The notes below the pieces were generated by a model that worked only from the letters and a program-made list of their open reading frames with translations, was not told where the DNA came from and did no database searches. Below are positions 47,819 through 56,654 of a stretch of DNA of 64,000 bases, piece after piece (the first letter of the stretch is position 1; each line of letters starts with the position of its first letter). Made by a program: the position numbers and the translations under genes. Source of the DNA: Chitinophagales bacterium (GTDB taxonomy: Bacteria > Bacteroidota > Bacteroidia > Chitinophagales > CAIOSU01); contig JAGYJT010000012.1 of NCBI GenBank assembly GCA_018401955.1, forward strand, positions 10,303 to 74,302, given 5' to 3'.

Positions 47819-48976
47819 TTAAAATGCTTCGCCTATGGCTAAGTAAAAACCCCGTGAGCCATCTTGCCCAAAGCCAGCATCAAATCGAATATTGATGCGC
47901 TCTTTGGCATCAATAGTAAAGCGCAAACCACCACCACCGGCAAATTTTAGGTTGTTGAAGCCTGCGCTGCTGTATGGTCCCATGGTGTTTCCCATAGAAG
48001 CAAAGGCCACCCCTATGAATTTCCAAAAAAGCGGAAAACGGTATTCACCCGTTAGGGCGTACATGTGCTGGTCTCTGTTACGGCCAAAAAAATAACCTCT
48101 CATTAGTTCGCTGCCACCAAATGTCGCCATCATTTTAAAAGGTGGCATCGCGCTATTTGCCTGCGCTACACCTTGCAAGGCTACAATGTGACTGCCTTTG
48201 CCGGGGTTAAAATATTTGCGTACATCTAAGCGCACACTGGTTAAATCTGTATTGCCGCCAAAGTACCTTGAGTATTGGTGGTGCGAGAAAATCATGTACC
48301 AGCCTTTAAAAGGGAAAAGGTTGTGATCCCTAGTGTCGTAAATAATGGCTAGCCCCAACCCAGATGCCGTGTACCCACCTTCGCCAGGAATGTCGTTGGT
48401 GTCAAAAAGCCCGTTTTCTTCAGTCTTCATTCCATACATATACTCAAAGCGGTACTGGGCACCAAGCTGAAAATGTGGTGCAAACTGCTTGGTAAAACGG
48501 TTGCGCACCAATACATAGTCTGACGAGAAACGCTCTTGATCTTGCTCTTTGGTTTCGTTTCCGAGCCCAAAAAACGAATCGGGATAACGTTGCCAAAGGA
48601 CTGCACCAGTTAGTCGGTAGCGGTCTTTTTTCCAGAAAATATCCCAATTGGGGTTAACAATGAACTGTTTGTTAAGCGTGAATATAAAAGCAAACCCTGT
48701 GGTTGATAGATTACCGGTACTATCTGTTGATGGTGTTCTGAACAACACTTGCGTACCCAAGCCAAATCCCCATCTGGTTTCGGGGCTATAATTTATCAGT
48801 GGTACTGGTATTACTCTTACCTTGTAGGGATTACCCGATGGGCCGAAGTATTTTTTTAGCTTACTTACTTTAGAAGGCATTTGGCCTTGTGCATACAATG
48901 GCGCATAGCTAAAACATAGCAATAGCAACCATAAAAATATGGCAGGTGCGCGCAAAAGTGTTAATAATGAAAGCAT
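47819..48976 (-). CDS. Omp85/BamA-family (bacterial surface antigen) outer-membrane beta-barrel protein
   Basis: Signal peptide. C-terminal barrel signature ...GGSELMRGYFFGRNRD...GGGGLRFTI...RFDAGFG...YLAIGEAF ending in Phe. Confidence 0.55.
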   Translation of the reverse strand: MLSLLTLLRAPAIFLWLLLLCFSYAPLYAQGQMPSKVSKLKKYFGPSGNPYKVRVIPVPLINYSPETRWGFGLGTQVLFRTPSTDSTGNLSTTGFAFIFTLNKQFIVNPNWDIFWKKDRYRLTGAVLWQRYPDSFFGLGNETKEQDQERFSSDYVLVRNRFTKQFAPHFQLGAQYRFEYMYGMKTEENGLFDTNDIPGEGGYTASGLGLAIIYDTRDHNLFPFKGWYMIFSHHQYSRYFGGNTDLTSVRLDVRKYFNPGKGSHIVALQGVAQANSAMPPFKMMATFGGSELMRGYFFGRNRDQHMYALTGEYRFPLFWKFIGVAFASMGNTMGPYSSAGFNNLKFAGGGGLRFTIDAKERINIRFDAGFGQDGSRGFYLAIGEAF

Positions 48977-49048
48977 AGTGGCTATAAATACAATAGGCTA
49001 TTCCTGATTAAAGGAACAGCCTACTATGTGCTATCAATTTCCGCCGAA

Positions 49049-49420
49049 TTAGTGCTTCGGGGTAATAGTTGTATTTGGCTTAACTACCGGTTGAGTTCTG
49101 GGTGCAGCATTTCTGCCATCTACATTTATAGTGTTATCTGGCGATAGCACGCGAGTAGATGGGGTAGTGTTAGTGCCCCTTGTTGCTGCTGGTGCCGCAT
49201 CAGTTGATCCTGCCGGAGCATTTTCAGCACTTCTAGTAGAAGTTGATGGAGTTGTAGTTGGCGAATTAGTGCTAAGATTATCGGTACGTACATCGCCACC
49301 TGATGGTCTTGGGGCTTCAGTAATTTGAGTTGATTTTTTTGGAGTGGTAGCGCTGCTTTGAGCTTGTGCAAACATGGTTACTCCAAATACAAATGCACCT
49401 ATGGCGAATAATTTTTTCAT
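49049..49420 (-). CDS. Secreted low-complexity Thr/Ser/Pro/Ala-rich protein (123 aa)
   Basis: Signal peptide MKKLFAIGAFVFGVTMFAQA followed by disordered T/S/P/A-rich sequence. Confidence 0.45.
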   Translation of the reverse strand: MKKLFAIGAFVFGVTMFAQAQSSATTPKKSTQITEAPRPSGGDVRTDNLSTNSPTTTPSTSTRSAENAPAGSTDAAPAATRGTNTTPSTRVLSPDNTINVDGRNAAPRTQPVVKPNTTITPKH

Positions 49421-49469
49421 GGTATGTTGAGTTTACTATTTCAATGTTATTAGCTAAAGTTACACTTTT

Positions 49470-50138
49470 TTAGTCTTGTGGCATACGGGCAATGATTGTT
49501 TTGCCGCCGCGCACCTTTTCTTTTAAGTTCACTTCTATTTTTGCGTCAAGGGGTAAATACAGGTCAATGCGCGAGCCAAATTTGATAAACCCAAACTCGG
49601 CACCTTGAAAAACTTGTTGACCTTCTTCTACATAATGCACAATTCTGCGGGCCAACACACCAGCTACTTGGCGCACCAATACTTCTACTCCTTCATCTTC
49701 TATCACTAGCGTGTTGCGCTCATTGTGCGTAGATGATTTGGGGTTGTAGGCTACCAGGTATTTGCCCGGGTGGTATTTTACATACTTTACTATGCCACTT
49801 ATAGGGTTCCAGTTGATGTGCACATTGCTGGGCGACATAAATATGGATACCAATAAGCGCTTTTCGTTAAAATACTCTACCTCATGGGTTTCTTCAATGG
49901 TTACAATTTTACCATCACAAGGTGCTACAATGCACTGTGCATCGGTAATCATGGCCCTTCGCGGTTTGCGAAAGAAGTATGCTACAAAAAGGAAAAACGC
50001 TACACTAATGCCCGTAAGCAAATAGAGCCCATTATATGGTAGTAAGTTGGCATAATGGAAGGTAACGTTAAACGCCGCTAGCACCAAAAAGGTTACCAGT
50101 ATTATTTTATATCCCTCCTTGTGTATCGAAACTGCCAT
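49470..50138 (-). CDS. psd: Phosphatidylserine decarboxylase proenzyme
   Basis: N-terminal TMs, FMSPSNVHINWNPISG and C-terminal FIKFGSRIDLYLP (self-cleavage G-S site region). Size typical of Bacteroidota Psd. Confidence 0.85.
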   Translation of the reverse strand: MAVSIHKEGYKIILVTFLVLAAFNVTFHYANLLPYNGLYLLTGISVAFFLFVAYFFRKPRRAMITDAQCIVAPCDGKIVTIEETHEVEYFNEKRLLVSIFMSPSNVHINWNPISGIVKYVKYHPGKYLVAYNPKSSTHNERNTLVIEDEGVEVLVRQVAGVLARRIVHYVEEGQQVFQGAEFGFIKFGSRIDLYLPLDAKIEVNLKEKVRGGKTIIARMPQD

Positions 50139-50316
50139 GCAATCAGATTAGCTTTGCTAAATATTGTAAAAGTAAAAGCCCACAAAAATAGTTCTTTTAC
50201 CGCATAATCAATTAACAATCTTTAAGCAGTAATAGTTAATTAAGGTACGAAAATTGCACAACATTATGCTATTAACTGCTTTTTTGCAGCTAATTAATTT
50301 TAAAAACTATTGTAAC

Positions 50317-50547
50317 ATGTGGACAGAAACTAATAACCAGTTGCACCGAAATTATAAGTTTAAAGACTTTTCTGAGGCATTTGCCTTTATGACCCGTGTG
50401 GCCATCCTTGCTGAGAAGCATAACCATCATCCTACTTGGACCAATACCTACAACACCTTGGATATATACCTATCCACGCACGATGCAGGAAACAAGGTTA
50501 CAGATAAAGACCATAAGCTGGCCAAGGCTATTGATGGGCTGTTGTAG
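50317..50547 (+). CDS. phhB: 4a-hydroxytetrahydrobiopterin (pterin-4a-carbinolamine) dehydratase
   Basis: [58 protein letters not shown] carries the HNHHP...TH signature of PCD/DCoH. Start set at the internal ATG 50317. Confidence 0.85.
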   Translation: MWTETNNQLHRNYKFKDFSEAFAFMTRVAILAEKHNHHPTWTNTYNTLDIYLSTHDAGNKVTDKDHKLAKAIDGLL

Positions 50548-50687
50548 CACTTGTAAAGTACCTGATTATCAATGCGCTTGCGTGCTTTGTTTACTTATTT
50601 TGCATTATCCCGTAACCTTTACTTTGGCATTGCCGTAAAAGAGGGTGTGAAGAGTGATAGAGTGTTAAACTATTAACATTAGACGGG

Positions 50688-51251
50688 ATGAGAGTTGAGA
50701 AGAAAGAAAACGGACTGCGCGAGCGCCGCTCCAAAACGGTACGTGCATATCTACTAGAATATACGGCAAAGCATGCCGTGAGCGAACAGGATACCTTGGG
50801 CTTAGCTTTGGCGGCACAAAATGGAGACCTTAGCGCATTAAATACCCTGGTAAACGCCCACCTTAGTTTGGTGAAGACCGTTGCAAGAAAGTATCAAAAC
50901 CAAGGATTATCGTTTCAAGAACTTTGTTATACTGGCAACATCGGCCTCATTAAAGCCTGCAATAGGTTTGATGTGAGCAAGGGCGTAAGTTTTCGTACCT
51001 ACGCTATCTGGTGGATTCGCCAGTCGGTTTCTAAAGCATTACAAGAGCATTTGCGCATTGATGAGGTAAAAGGTGTAAGCCTTACCGACCTATGGGTGAT
51101 ACCAGAGAGCTTTAGTTCATGGGAGGCCATGGACGATGCCGAGCCTTCGCGCAAGCAAATGCATGCCTTTTTAAATACCAAGGTATACGAAATAGCCAAA
51201 TTGAACCCAAAGGCTCACCCTGAGTGCTTTGCTTGGCTGCCCCGTGCATAG
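50688..51251 (+). CDS. Sigma-70-family paralogue containing region 2 only (no recognisable region 4 HTH)
   Basis: LVKTVARKYQNQGLSFQELCYTGNIGLIKACNRFDVSKGVSFRTYAIWWIRQSVSKAL corresponds to region 2.1-2.4. The remaining ~70 aa show no region 3/4 pattern. Confidence 0.6.
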   Translation: MRVEKKENGLRERRSKTVRAYLLEYTAKHAVSEQDTLGLALAAQNGDLSALNTLVNAHLSLVKTVARKYQNQGLSFQELCYTGNIGLIKACNRFDVSKGVSFRTYAIWWIRQSVSKALQEHLRIDEVKGVSLTDLWVIPESFSSWEAMDDAEPSRKQMHAFLNTKVYEIAKLNPKAHPECFAWLPRA

Positions 51252-51412
51252 GCACTAATAAAACCCAACCATTTTTTTGAAAAGAGCATAAGGCAAGCTA
51301 TTTAGCAGGCAACTACCTCCGCATGCCCAAGCGGAAGCCTGTAAGCAATAGCTGCCACGAATGAAGTAACTGTGCGAGCAGGGTTTTAATAAAAAACTTG
51401 AGGAATAAGGAT

Positions 51413-52282
51413 ATGAGGCAGTTGAGAATCAATCAAAGGTTTACCACGCGTGATTCAATAGCGCTTGAGAAATATTTTAGGGATGTATCCAAAGAAACGG
51501 GCATTACCGCTGACGAGGAGGCTATGCTGGCTAAACGTATACGCATGGGCGACATACAATCGCTTGAAACGCTGGTAAAGGCAAACCTCAGGTTTGTAAT
51601 ATCGGTTGCGAAACAATACGAAGGCTTTGGTATGCACCTAGAAGACTTGATAAGCGAAGGGAACATAGGCTTGATGAAAGCTGCCCGGCGCTTTGACGAG
51701 AGCCGCGGATATAAATTTATCAGCTATGCGGTATTTTGGATTAGGCAATGTATACTTAAATCGCTGAACGAAAATGCCCGCATTATAAGGATGCCGAGCA
51801 ATCAGCTTGCACAAATGCAAAAGCTACATGCCACCTTTGGCCGGCTAGAGCAAATGTTTGGCCGTGAACCTTCGGCAGAAGAGCTGGCGCTTGAGCTGGA
51901 TCTTACCCCGGCGGAGGTGAACAAAGTGCTAATGCAATCGCAGGGCGCATCGGCTATATCCATTGATAGGCCAATAGGCAGCAACGAAGATGACGTGACC
52001 TTGCTTGAGCGAATAAAAAACGAGGCTGAGGCTGCGCCAGATGAGGGTTTGATGACTGCATCGGTATCTCAAGAGCTATCAAGGTGCCTGAATAGGCTAA
52101 ATGCACGAGAGGCAGAAGTGATAAGGCTTCACTTTGGTTTGGATGGACGCACGCCGATGAAGTTTGAAGAAATAGCAGATACTATGGGCTTAGGTAAAGA
52201 GCGCGTGCGGCAGCTTAAAGTGCAAGGTATACGCAAACTGCAAAAGCTTACCCAACGTAGCGGATTATTGACTAAAATATAA
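51413..52282 (+). CDS. RNA polymerase sigma-70 factor, Bacteroidota short primary-like (RpoD/SigA-type)
   Basis: MRQLRINQRFTTRDSIALEKYFRDV...ANLRFVISVAKQY...EGNIGLMKAARRFDESRGYKFISYAVFWIRQ...region 4 EVIRLHFGLDGRTPMKFEEIADTMGLGKERVRQLKVQGIRKL. Start set at the internal ATG 51413. Confidence 0.8.
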   Translation: MRQLRINQRFTTRDSIALEKYFRDVSKETGITADEEAMLAKRIRMGDIQSLETLVKANLRFVISVAKQYEGFGMHLEDLISEGNIGLMKAARRFDESRGYKFISYAVFWIRQCILKSLNENARIIRMPSNQLAQMQKLHATFGRLEQMFGREPSAEELALELDLTPAEVNKVLMQSQGASAISIDRPIGSNEDDVTLLERIKNEAEAAPDEGLMTASVSQELSRCLNRLNAREAEVIRLHFGLDGRTPMKFEEIADTMGLGKERVRQLKVQGIRKLQKLTQRSGLLTKI

Positions 52283-52299
52283 CAAAGAGCATCTTTTCA

Positions 52300-53047
52300 T
52301 TGGTTTTGAGACCTAGAGGTACAATGTGGGACTGTCCGCCTGCCACACAAGTGGTCAGTCCCTACCTTTGGGGTTTGGTTATCGGTTAACTGGTTATTAG
52401 TTGATTGGTGCCAAAACCGAAAAAAAGAAAAAAATGCCCAGCTGCAAGCTGAGCCAAAAGTATAAAGGGTACTATTTACCAGTTAACCACTAACAAGTAA
52501 CCAGTAACCAAAAAAATGAGGTTGGTTTTGAGACTTAAGGAAAAGGGCTGCTGCGGCAGACTGCAAACTACCGCAGCGGCCTCCTTAAAGTAGTTACTAG
52601 TTGATCGGTTATAGGTTGATTGGTTTCAAAACCAAAATAATGTGAGAACAAAATGCCCAGCTGCTAGCTGAGCCAAAAGATATAATGAGTAACGTTTACG
52701 AGTAATGGTTAACCAATAACCAATATACCGGTTACAAATAACCAAATAAAGAGAACACCCTTGCTCGCTCTCCACACACCGAGGTAAGGTTGGTTTTGAG
52801 ACTTAGAGGAAACGAGGGTTGCATTGCGGGCCCATTGCAGTGCAACCCTACCTTTAAGGAAGTGTGGGTTTAGTTATCGGGTAATGATAACAACAAAATG
52901 AACAATGGCTGAGTGTGTAAACGAAGTAAAGGGATTTAACGAGTACAATTTACCAGTTAACCAATAAACTAGTAACTGGTAACCAAAGATAGAGGTTGGT
53001 TTTTGAGACAGTAAAATTTCGGCTCCTAGCAATAGGGGCCTTTACTG
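52300..53047. repeat. Four tandem units: conserved box (G)GTTGGTTTT(T)GAGAC plus long hairpin with unit-specific stem, interleaved with AACCA/GGTTA word-repeat arms
   Basis: Box copies at 52300, 52520, 52788 and 52995. Hairpins: GGGACTGTCC/GGTCAGTCCC (52328-52362), GGCTGCTGCGG/CCGCAGCGGCC (52546-52581), GGGTTGCATTGC/(T)TGCAGTGCAACCC (52816-52848), and GGCTCCTA/TAGGGGCC (~53021-53040). In units 1-3 these are enclosed by an outer stem (TAGAGG.../...CCTTTA). Confidence 0.8.
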
Positions 53048-53067
53048 TTTTAAGGGTAACTATGGTG

Positions 53068-54108
53068 TTACAATTGCGGGCAAGGAATGCTTAGCCTGCG
53101 TTTACCTACTGAAGTAAATACGCCAGAGTATACCAGCGAAAGCTCATATGCGCCCCGGGAATTACTTACCGTGTTAAGATTAGAAATATTTACATCGTAA
53201 GATAGCCCTAAAATAAAGCGGATAAACTCTAAGCGAGCGCCTATAATTACCGCATCGGGAGTAATATTGCTTATGCGGCCCCAGGCACCAATGGCAAAAG
53301 CTACATCGCCATCATCTCGGTACTCCATAATAAACTTAAGGTAGGTACCTGCGTTAATTTGCCTTGCGGTACCTTGTTGCGCGTACATTACACTTGGTAA
53401 AAAATAGATGGTGCGGTTTGCTTGAAAAGAACCCCCGGCATGAAACGTATATTTAGGCTCTAAGCGGTAAGTAGCGTTTGATATTAATGATATAGTAGGT
53501 TGCAGTATATGCGAGTATGCCGCCCCAAAATATACATTGGCATATTTGTTAGGCATTATTTGATAAAGCAAGCCAACACTTGCATCAGGCTTAAGGCCCG
53601 AGCCGCTAGCTACACTTTCGCCTGATAGCAAATCAGGGTCTACTTCTATACCATTGTATTGGTTGTCAAAAATCAACTCTTCCGTGTCAATGCTCTGGCC
53701 AATCATGTTAAACTGTGCACCGATGCCCAAAGTATGCTTCACTTTACGGCCAAGTTGTTTGCGGTATCCAAATGATAGGGTAAGCTGGTTAGTGCCAAAG
53801 GCAGCGGTACCAGCAGCATCATTATAAAAATGCATACCTATCGCAAAGTTATCATCCTTCAACCTTCCCTTAAACATCGATATTTCGGCTGAGGCGGCTG
53901 CTGTGCGATAAGTATTGGTAAAACTGCCCCATTGGCTACGGTAGTTGGCTATCAATCTATAATCGCCATCAAAAAAACCGGTAAGTGCAGGGTTGAGAAA
54001 CAAGGGGTTGGCGTTGAATTGAGAGAATTGAGGGTCTTGTGCCTTGAGCACCGATGCCCAAACCAAACAAGTGGTAATCAAAACCAATTTTATACTTCCA
54101 ATCCTCAT
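53068..54108 (-). CDS. PorP/SprF-family type IX secretion system membrane protein
   Basis: AQDPQFSQFNANPLFLNPALTGFFDGDYRLIANYRSQWGSF is the canonical PorP/SprF N-terminal signature. Overlaps the upstream cargo gene by 4 nt. Confidence 0.85.
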   Translation of the reverse strand: MRIGSIKLVLITTCLVWASVLKAQDPQFSQFNANPLFLNPALTGFFDGDYRLIANYRSQWGSFTNTYRTAAASAEISMFKGRLKDDNFAIGMHFYNDAAGTAAFGTNQLTLSFGYRKQLGRKVKHTLGIGAQFNMIGQSIDTEELIFDNQYNGIEVDPDLLSGESVASGSGLKPDASVGLLYQIMPNKYANVYFGAAYSHILQPTISLISNATYRLEPKYTFHAGGSFQANRTIYFLPSVMYAQQGTARQINAGTYLKFIMEYRDDGDVAFAIGAWGRISNITPDAVIIGARLEFIRFILGLSYDVNISNLNTVSNSRGAYELSLVYSGVFTSVGKRRLSIPCPQL

Positions 54109-55589
54109 CTCAGCAGGGTTACATTACCTTTTATGGTGCGCTCTTTACCGTTGGCAAATTCAAGTACGCCATAGTAAACATATACACCCACATTGGCAGG
54201 TTTTCCATTTTTATTGTTGCCATCCCAACCAATACCTTGGTCGGTAGTAAAAAACATCTCTTGCCCCCATCTATCATACACTCGAAACTCCAATCCAACT
54301 AGCCTAGGGCTTCGCACAAATAAGAAATCATTGTCCCCATCCCCGTTTGGCGAAAAAGCTGTGGGCACAAACGTTGAGTTTTCGTCTTTAATAACCGTGA
54401 TGATAATATTAGTGTCGGCTATGCAACCATCAACATCTTCAACCTGCAGGGTATATACAGTAGTAACCCTAGGCTCGGCCCTAGGGTTTGGGCAGCTGCC
54501 ACAAGACAAACCCGTAATTGGCTCCCAGAAATAGTTAACTATCGGGTTAGGGCTTATTACCTCCAATGGCAATTGGTCGCCATTAAATATAGTTGCCTCT
54601 CCCGGATCAATGCTTAGCACTACTGGTTCGCCAATGTTAGGCAATAGGCTATCGATAATAAACTTGCACCCTTCATCATCAGTAATGGTTAGGCTGTATG
54701 GTCCTTCAACTAAATTCTCCAGTTCAGGGTCACGTATATCGTTGTTCCAAATGTACTCGTAGGGGCCGGTTCCTCCAGTGGTTAACACCGATAAAAAGCC
54801 GTCCATGGCGCGGCAGCGCTCAGGTGCAACCGAATCAAATACGGCCAACAAATCAGTGCCTGGCGCACATGGGCCATTGCAGGCACCAAGGCTGGGGTTT
54901 CCGCCTGTTTGCCAATTGCCTGTCCCGTCCAATGTGCGGTAAATGGTTAGGTCGGCAGCAGGAAAACGGCCAGCATAATTTATCTCAAGGCCAGCACTCA
55001 TTTGGTCTGATGCTTTAAAGCTTGCTGGGAAGGTGCAATCGGCACTACCCGGCGCACAAGGGTTGTCATCGTAAGCAGCCTGATTGTTGCGTGCATTGGG
55101 TTCACCTGCATTCAACGTCCAAAACACGGCATCGCTTACGGTACCATCTTCTAGGTATATAGCCATCCATCCATAGCCATTATCCATGTTCCAGTTGCCA
55201 GAGGTGCAAAGGTTGCCGGTGCCACAAAAAGCAGCAAGGTCAATATCGGCACCCGATACGTTTGGCCCTCCGATAACTAAATGTTGCAGTGGGTCAAGTA
55301 TAGTGCCTGCCGGAAACGTAAACGAACCAAAGTTGTTGGCACCTGTATGCGAAGCCAGTACCATGCAACCCAAATCAATGGTATCGCAACGGGAGCTGTT
55401 GTATATCTCAACCCATTCGTAGCCAAAGTTGGCATTGCCACAATCTACCAGCGATTGATAAAGCGGGGCGGTTGGGTCTTGAGCTGGGTTAATGAACAGC
55501 TCATTAAGTACAATTTGTGCTGATAGGGTGCCGTTGGCCATCCACATCATCAACACTATAAACCCAAATCTTTTAAGAGAATACATCAT
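54105..55589 (-). CDS. T9SS type-B (gliding-motility-associated C-terminal domain) cargo protein with lamin-tail-like N-domain
   Basis: N-terminus LNELFINPAQDP...EWVEIYNSS (LTD-like). C-terminus FVPTAFSPNGDGDNDFLFV...VYDRWGQEMF...GWDGNNKNGKPANVGVYVYY...GNVTLLR is the CHU_C/type-B sorting domain. Confidence 0.8.
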   Translation of the reverse strand: MMYSLKRFGFIVLMMWMANGTLSAQIVLNELFINPAQDPTAPLYQSLVDCGNANFGYEWVEIYNSSRCDTIDLGCMVLASHTGANNFGSFTFPAGTILDPLQHLVIGGPNVSGADIDLAAFCGTGNLCTSGNWNMDNGYGWMAIYLEDGTVSDAVFWTLNAGEPNARNNQAAYDDNPCAPGSADCTFPASFKASDQMSAGLEINYAGRFPAADLTIYRTLDGTGNWQTGGNPSLGACNGPCAPGTDLLAVFDSVAPERCRAMDGFLSVLTTGGTGPYEYIWNNDIRDPELENLVEGPYSLTITDDEGCKFIIDSLLPNIGEPVVLSIDPGEATIFNGDQLPLEVISPNPIVNYFWEPITGLSCGSCPNPRAEPRVTTVYTLQVEDVDGCIADTNIIITVIKDENSTFVPTAFSPNGDGDNDFLFVRSPRLVGLEFRVYDRWGQEMFFTTDQGIGWDGNNKNGKPANVGVYVYYGVLEFANGKERTIKGNVTLLR

Positions 55590-55798
55590 ACTAGAACGGC
55601 AAAATTAATAAAACTGTATCAACCCGTGCAGCATTATACTGCTAATGCTGCAAAAACATATTTTATCGGGATTTAACGGCTCCATTGCAAATATCCATAC
55701 AGTGTGGATTTCTTATAAAACGCTTAAAAAATGCTTAGAGTATATTGCACTTCAATATGGTAATAATTAGCCTATTATAAACTATTCAAACTGCACAA

Positions 55799-56584
55799 TT
55801 GGCCATGGAGTATGGTATTTGCGACCTTAGTGTAGCGCCCGTAAGGGCTGAGCCCTCTGATAAAAGCGAGATGGTAACGCAACTGCTTTTTGGCGAAACG
55901 CTTACCGTTATCCAGCGCGAGAAAAGTTGGGTGAAGATTGAAGCTGCCTATGATCATTATGAGGGTTGGGTTGATGAAAAACAGTTTATGCCGCTTACCA
56001 AAGAGCAGTTTGTGCAAATGAACAACAAATTTATGCCCGTGGCATTGGATGTGGTTCAATCGGCGGTGAGCTCTGAGCGGCACATACCTATACTTATTGG
56101 TAGTAGCCTGCCCGGGTTTGATGGGATGAATTTCCGTATCGGTAAAGAGAAGTTTGTTTACAACGGCCAAGCCATACAGCCCGACCACGACCGCATGCAG
56201 GTTGATAAATTTATTGAAAAGGTAGCCCTTCGATTTATGAACGCCCCTTACCTATGGGGTGGTCGCAGCTTGTTTGGTATCGATTGCAGCGGGTTTACGC
56301 AAGTGGTGTATAAGCTACTGTGCATTCCAGTTCCTCGCGATGCTTACCAACAGGCCGAAGGTGGACAGCTGATTGATTTTGTATCGCAGGCACAAGAGGG
56401 CGACTTGGCGTTTTTTGAGAACGATGAAGGCCGTATAATGCATGTAGGTATAGTATTAAACGAAGGCAGAATAATACATGCAGCTGGCAGGGTAAGAATT
56501 GATATGCTCGACCATTATGGCATCTACAACAAAGAAAAAAAGAAATACACCCATCGGTTGAAGTTGGTAAAACGGTTTTTTTGA
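55799..56584 (+). CDS. NlpC/P60 (C40) peptidoglycan endopeptidase with N-terminal SH3-like domain
   Basis: YGICDLSVAPVRAEPSDKSEMVTQLLFGE (SH3b-like). WGGRSLFGIDCSGFTQVVYK (catalytic Cys) and MHVGIV (His). Confidence 0.85.
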   Translation: MAMEYGICDLSVAPVRAEPSDKSEMVTQLLFGETLTVIQREKSWVKIEAAYDHYEGWVDEKQFMPLTKEQFVQMNNKFMPVALDVVQSAVSSERHIPILIGSSLPGFDGMNFRIGKEKFVYNGQAIQPDHDRMQVDKFIEKVALRFMNAPYLWGGRSLFGIDCSGFTQVVYKLLCIPVPRDAYQQAEGGQLIDFVSQAQEGDLAFFENDEGRIMHVGIVLNEGRIIHAAGRVRIDMLDHYGIYNKEKKKYTHRLKLVKRFF

Positions 56585-56654
56585 TGCTTACCAAAGGTCG
56601 TTAAGCGGCATTAGTGTATTGTAGATAGTTGTTAACATTGTAATATAGCCAACG

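Noticed and set aside
52300-53047. Possible CRISPR array, because of the regularly recurring conserved box
   Set aside because: The conserved box is only ~15 nt, spacing is 207-268 bp and variable, and the intervening DNA itself contains shared elements. This does not fit the 25-40-nt repeat and 25-50-nt spacer geometry, and no cas genes are present in the window.
55775-56188. 137-aa minus ORF overlapping the start of the NlpC/P60 gene
   Set aside because: It is antisense to a gene with clear SH3b and catalytic Cys/His motifs, and no support of its own.
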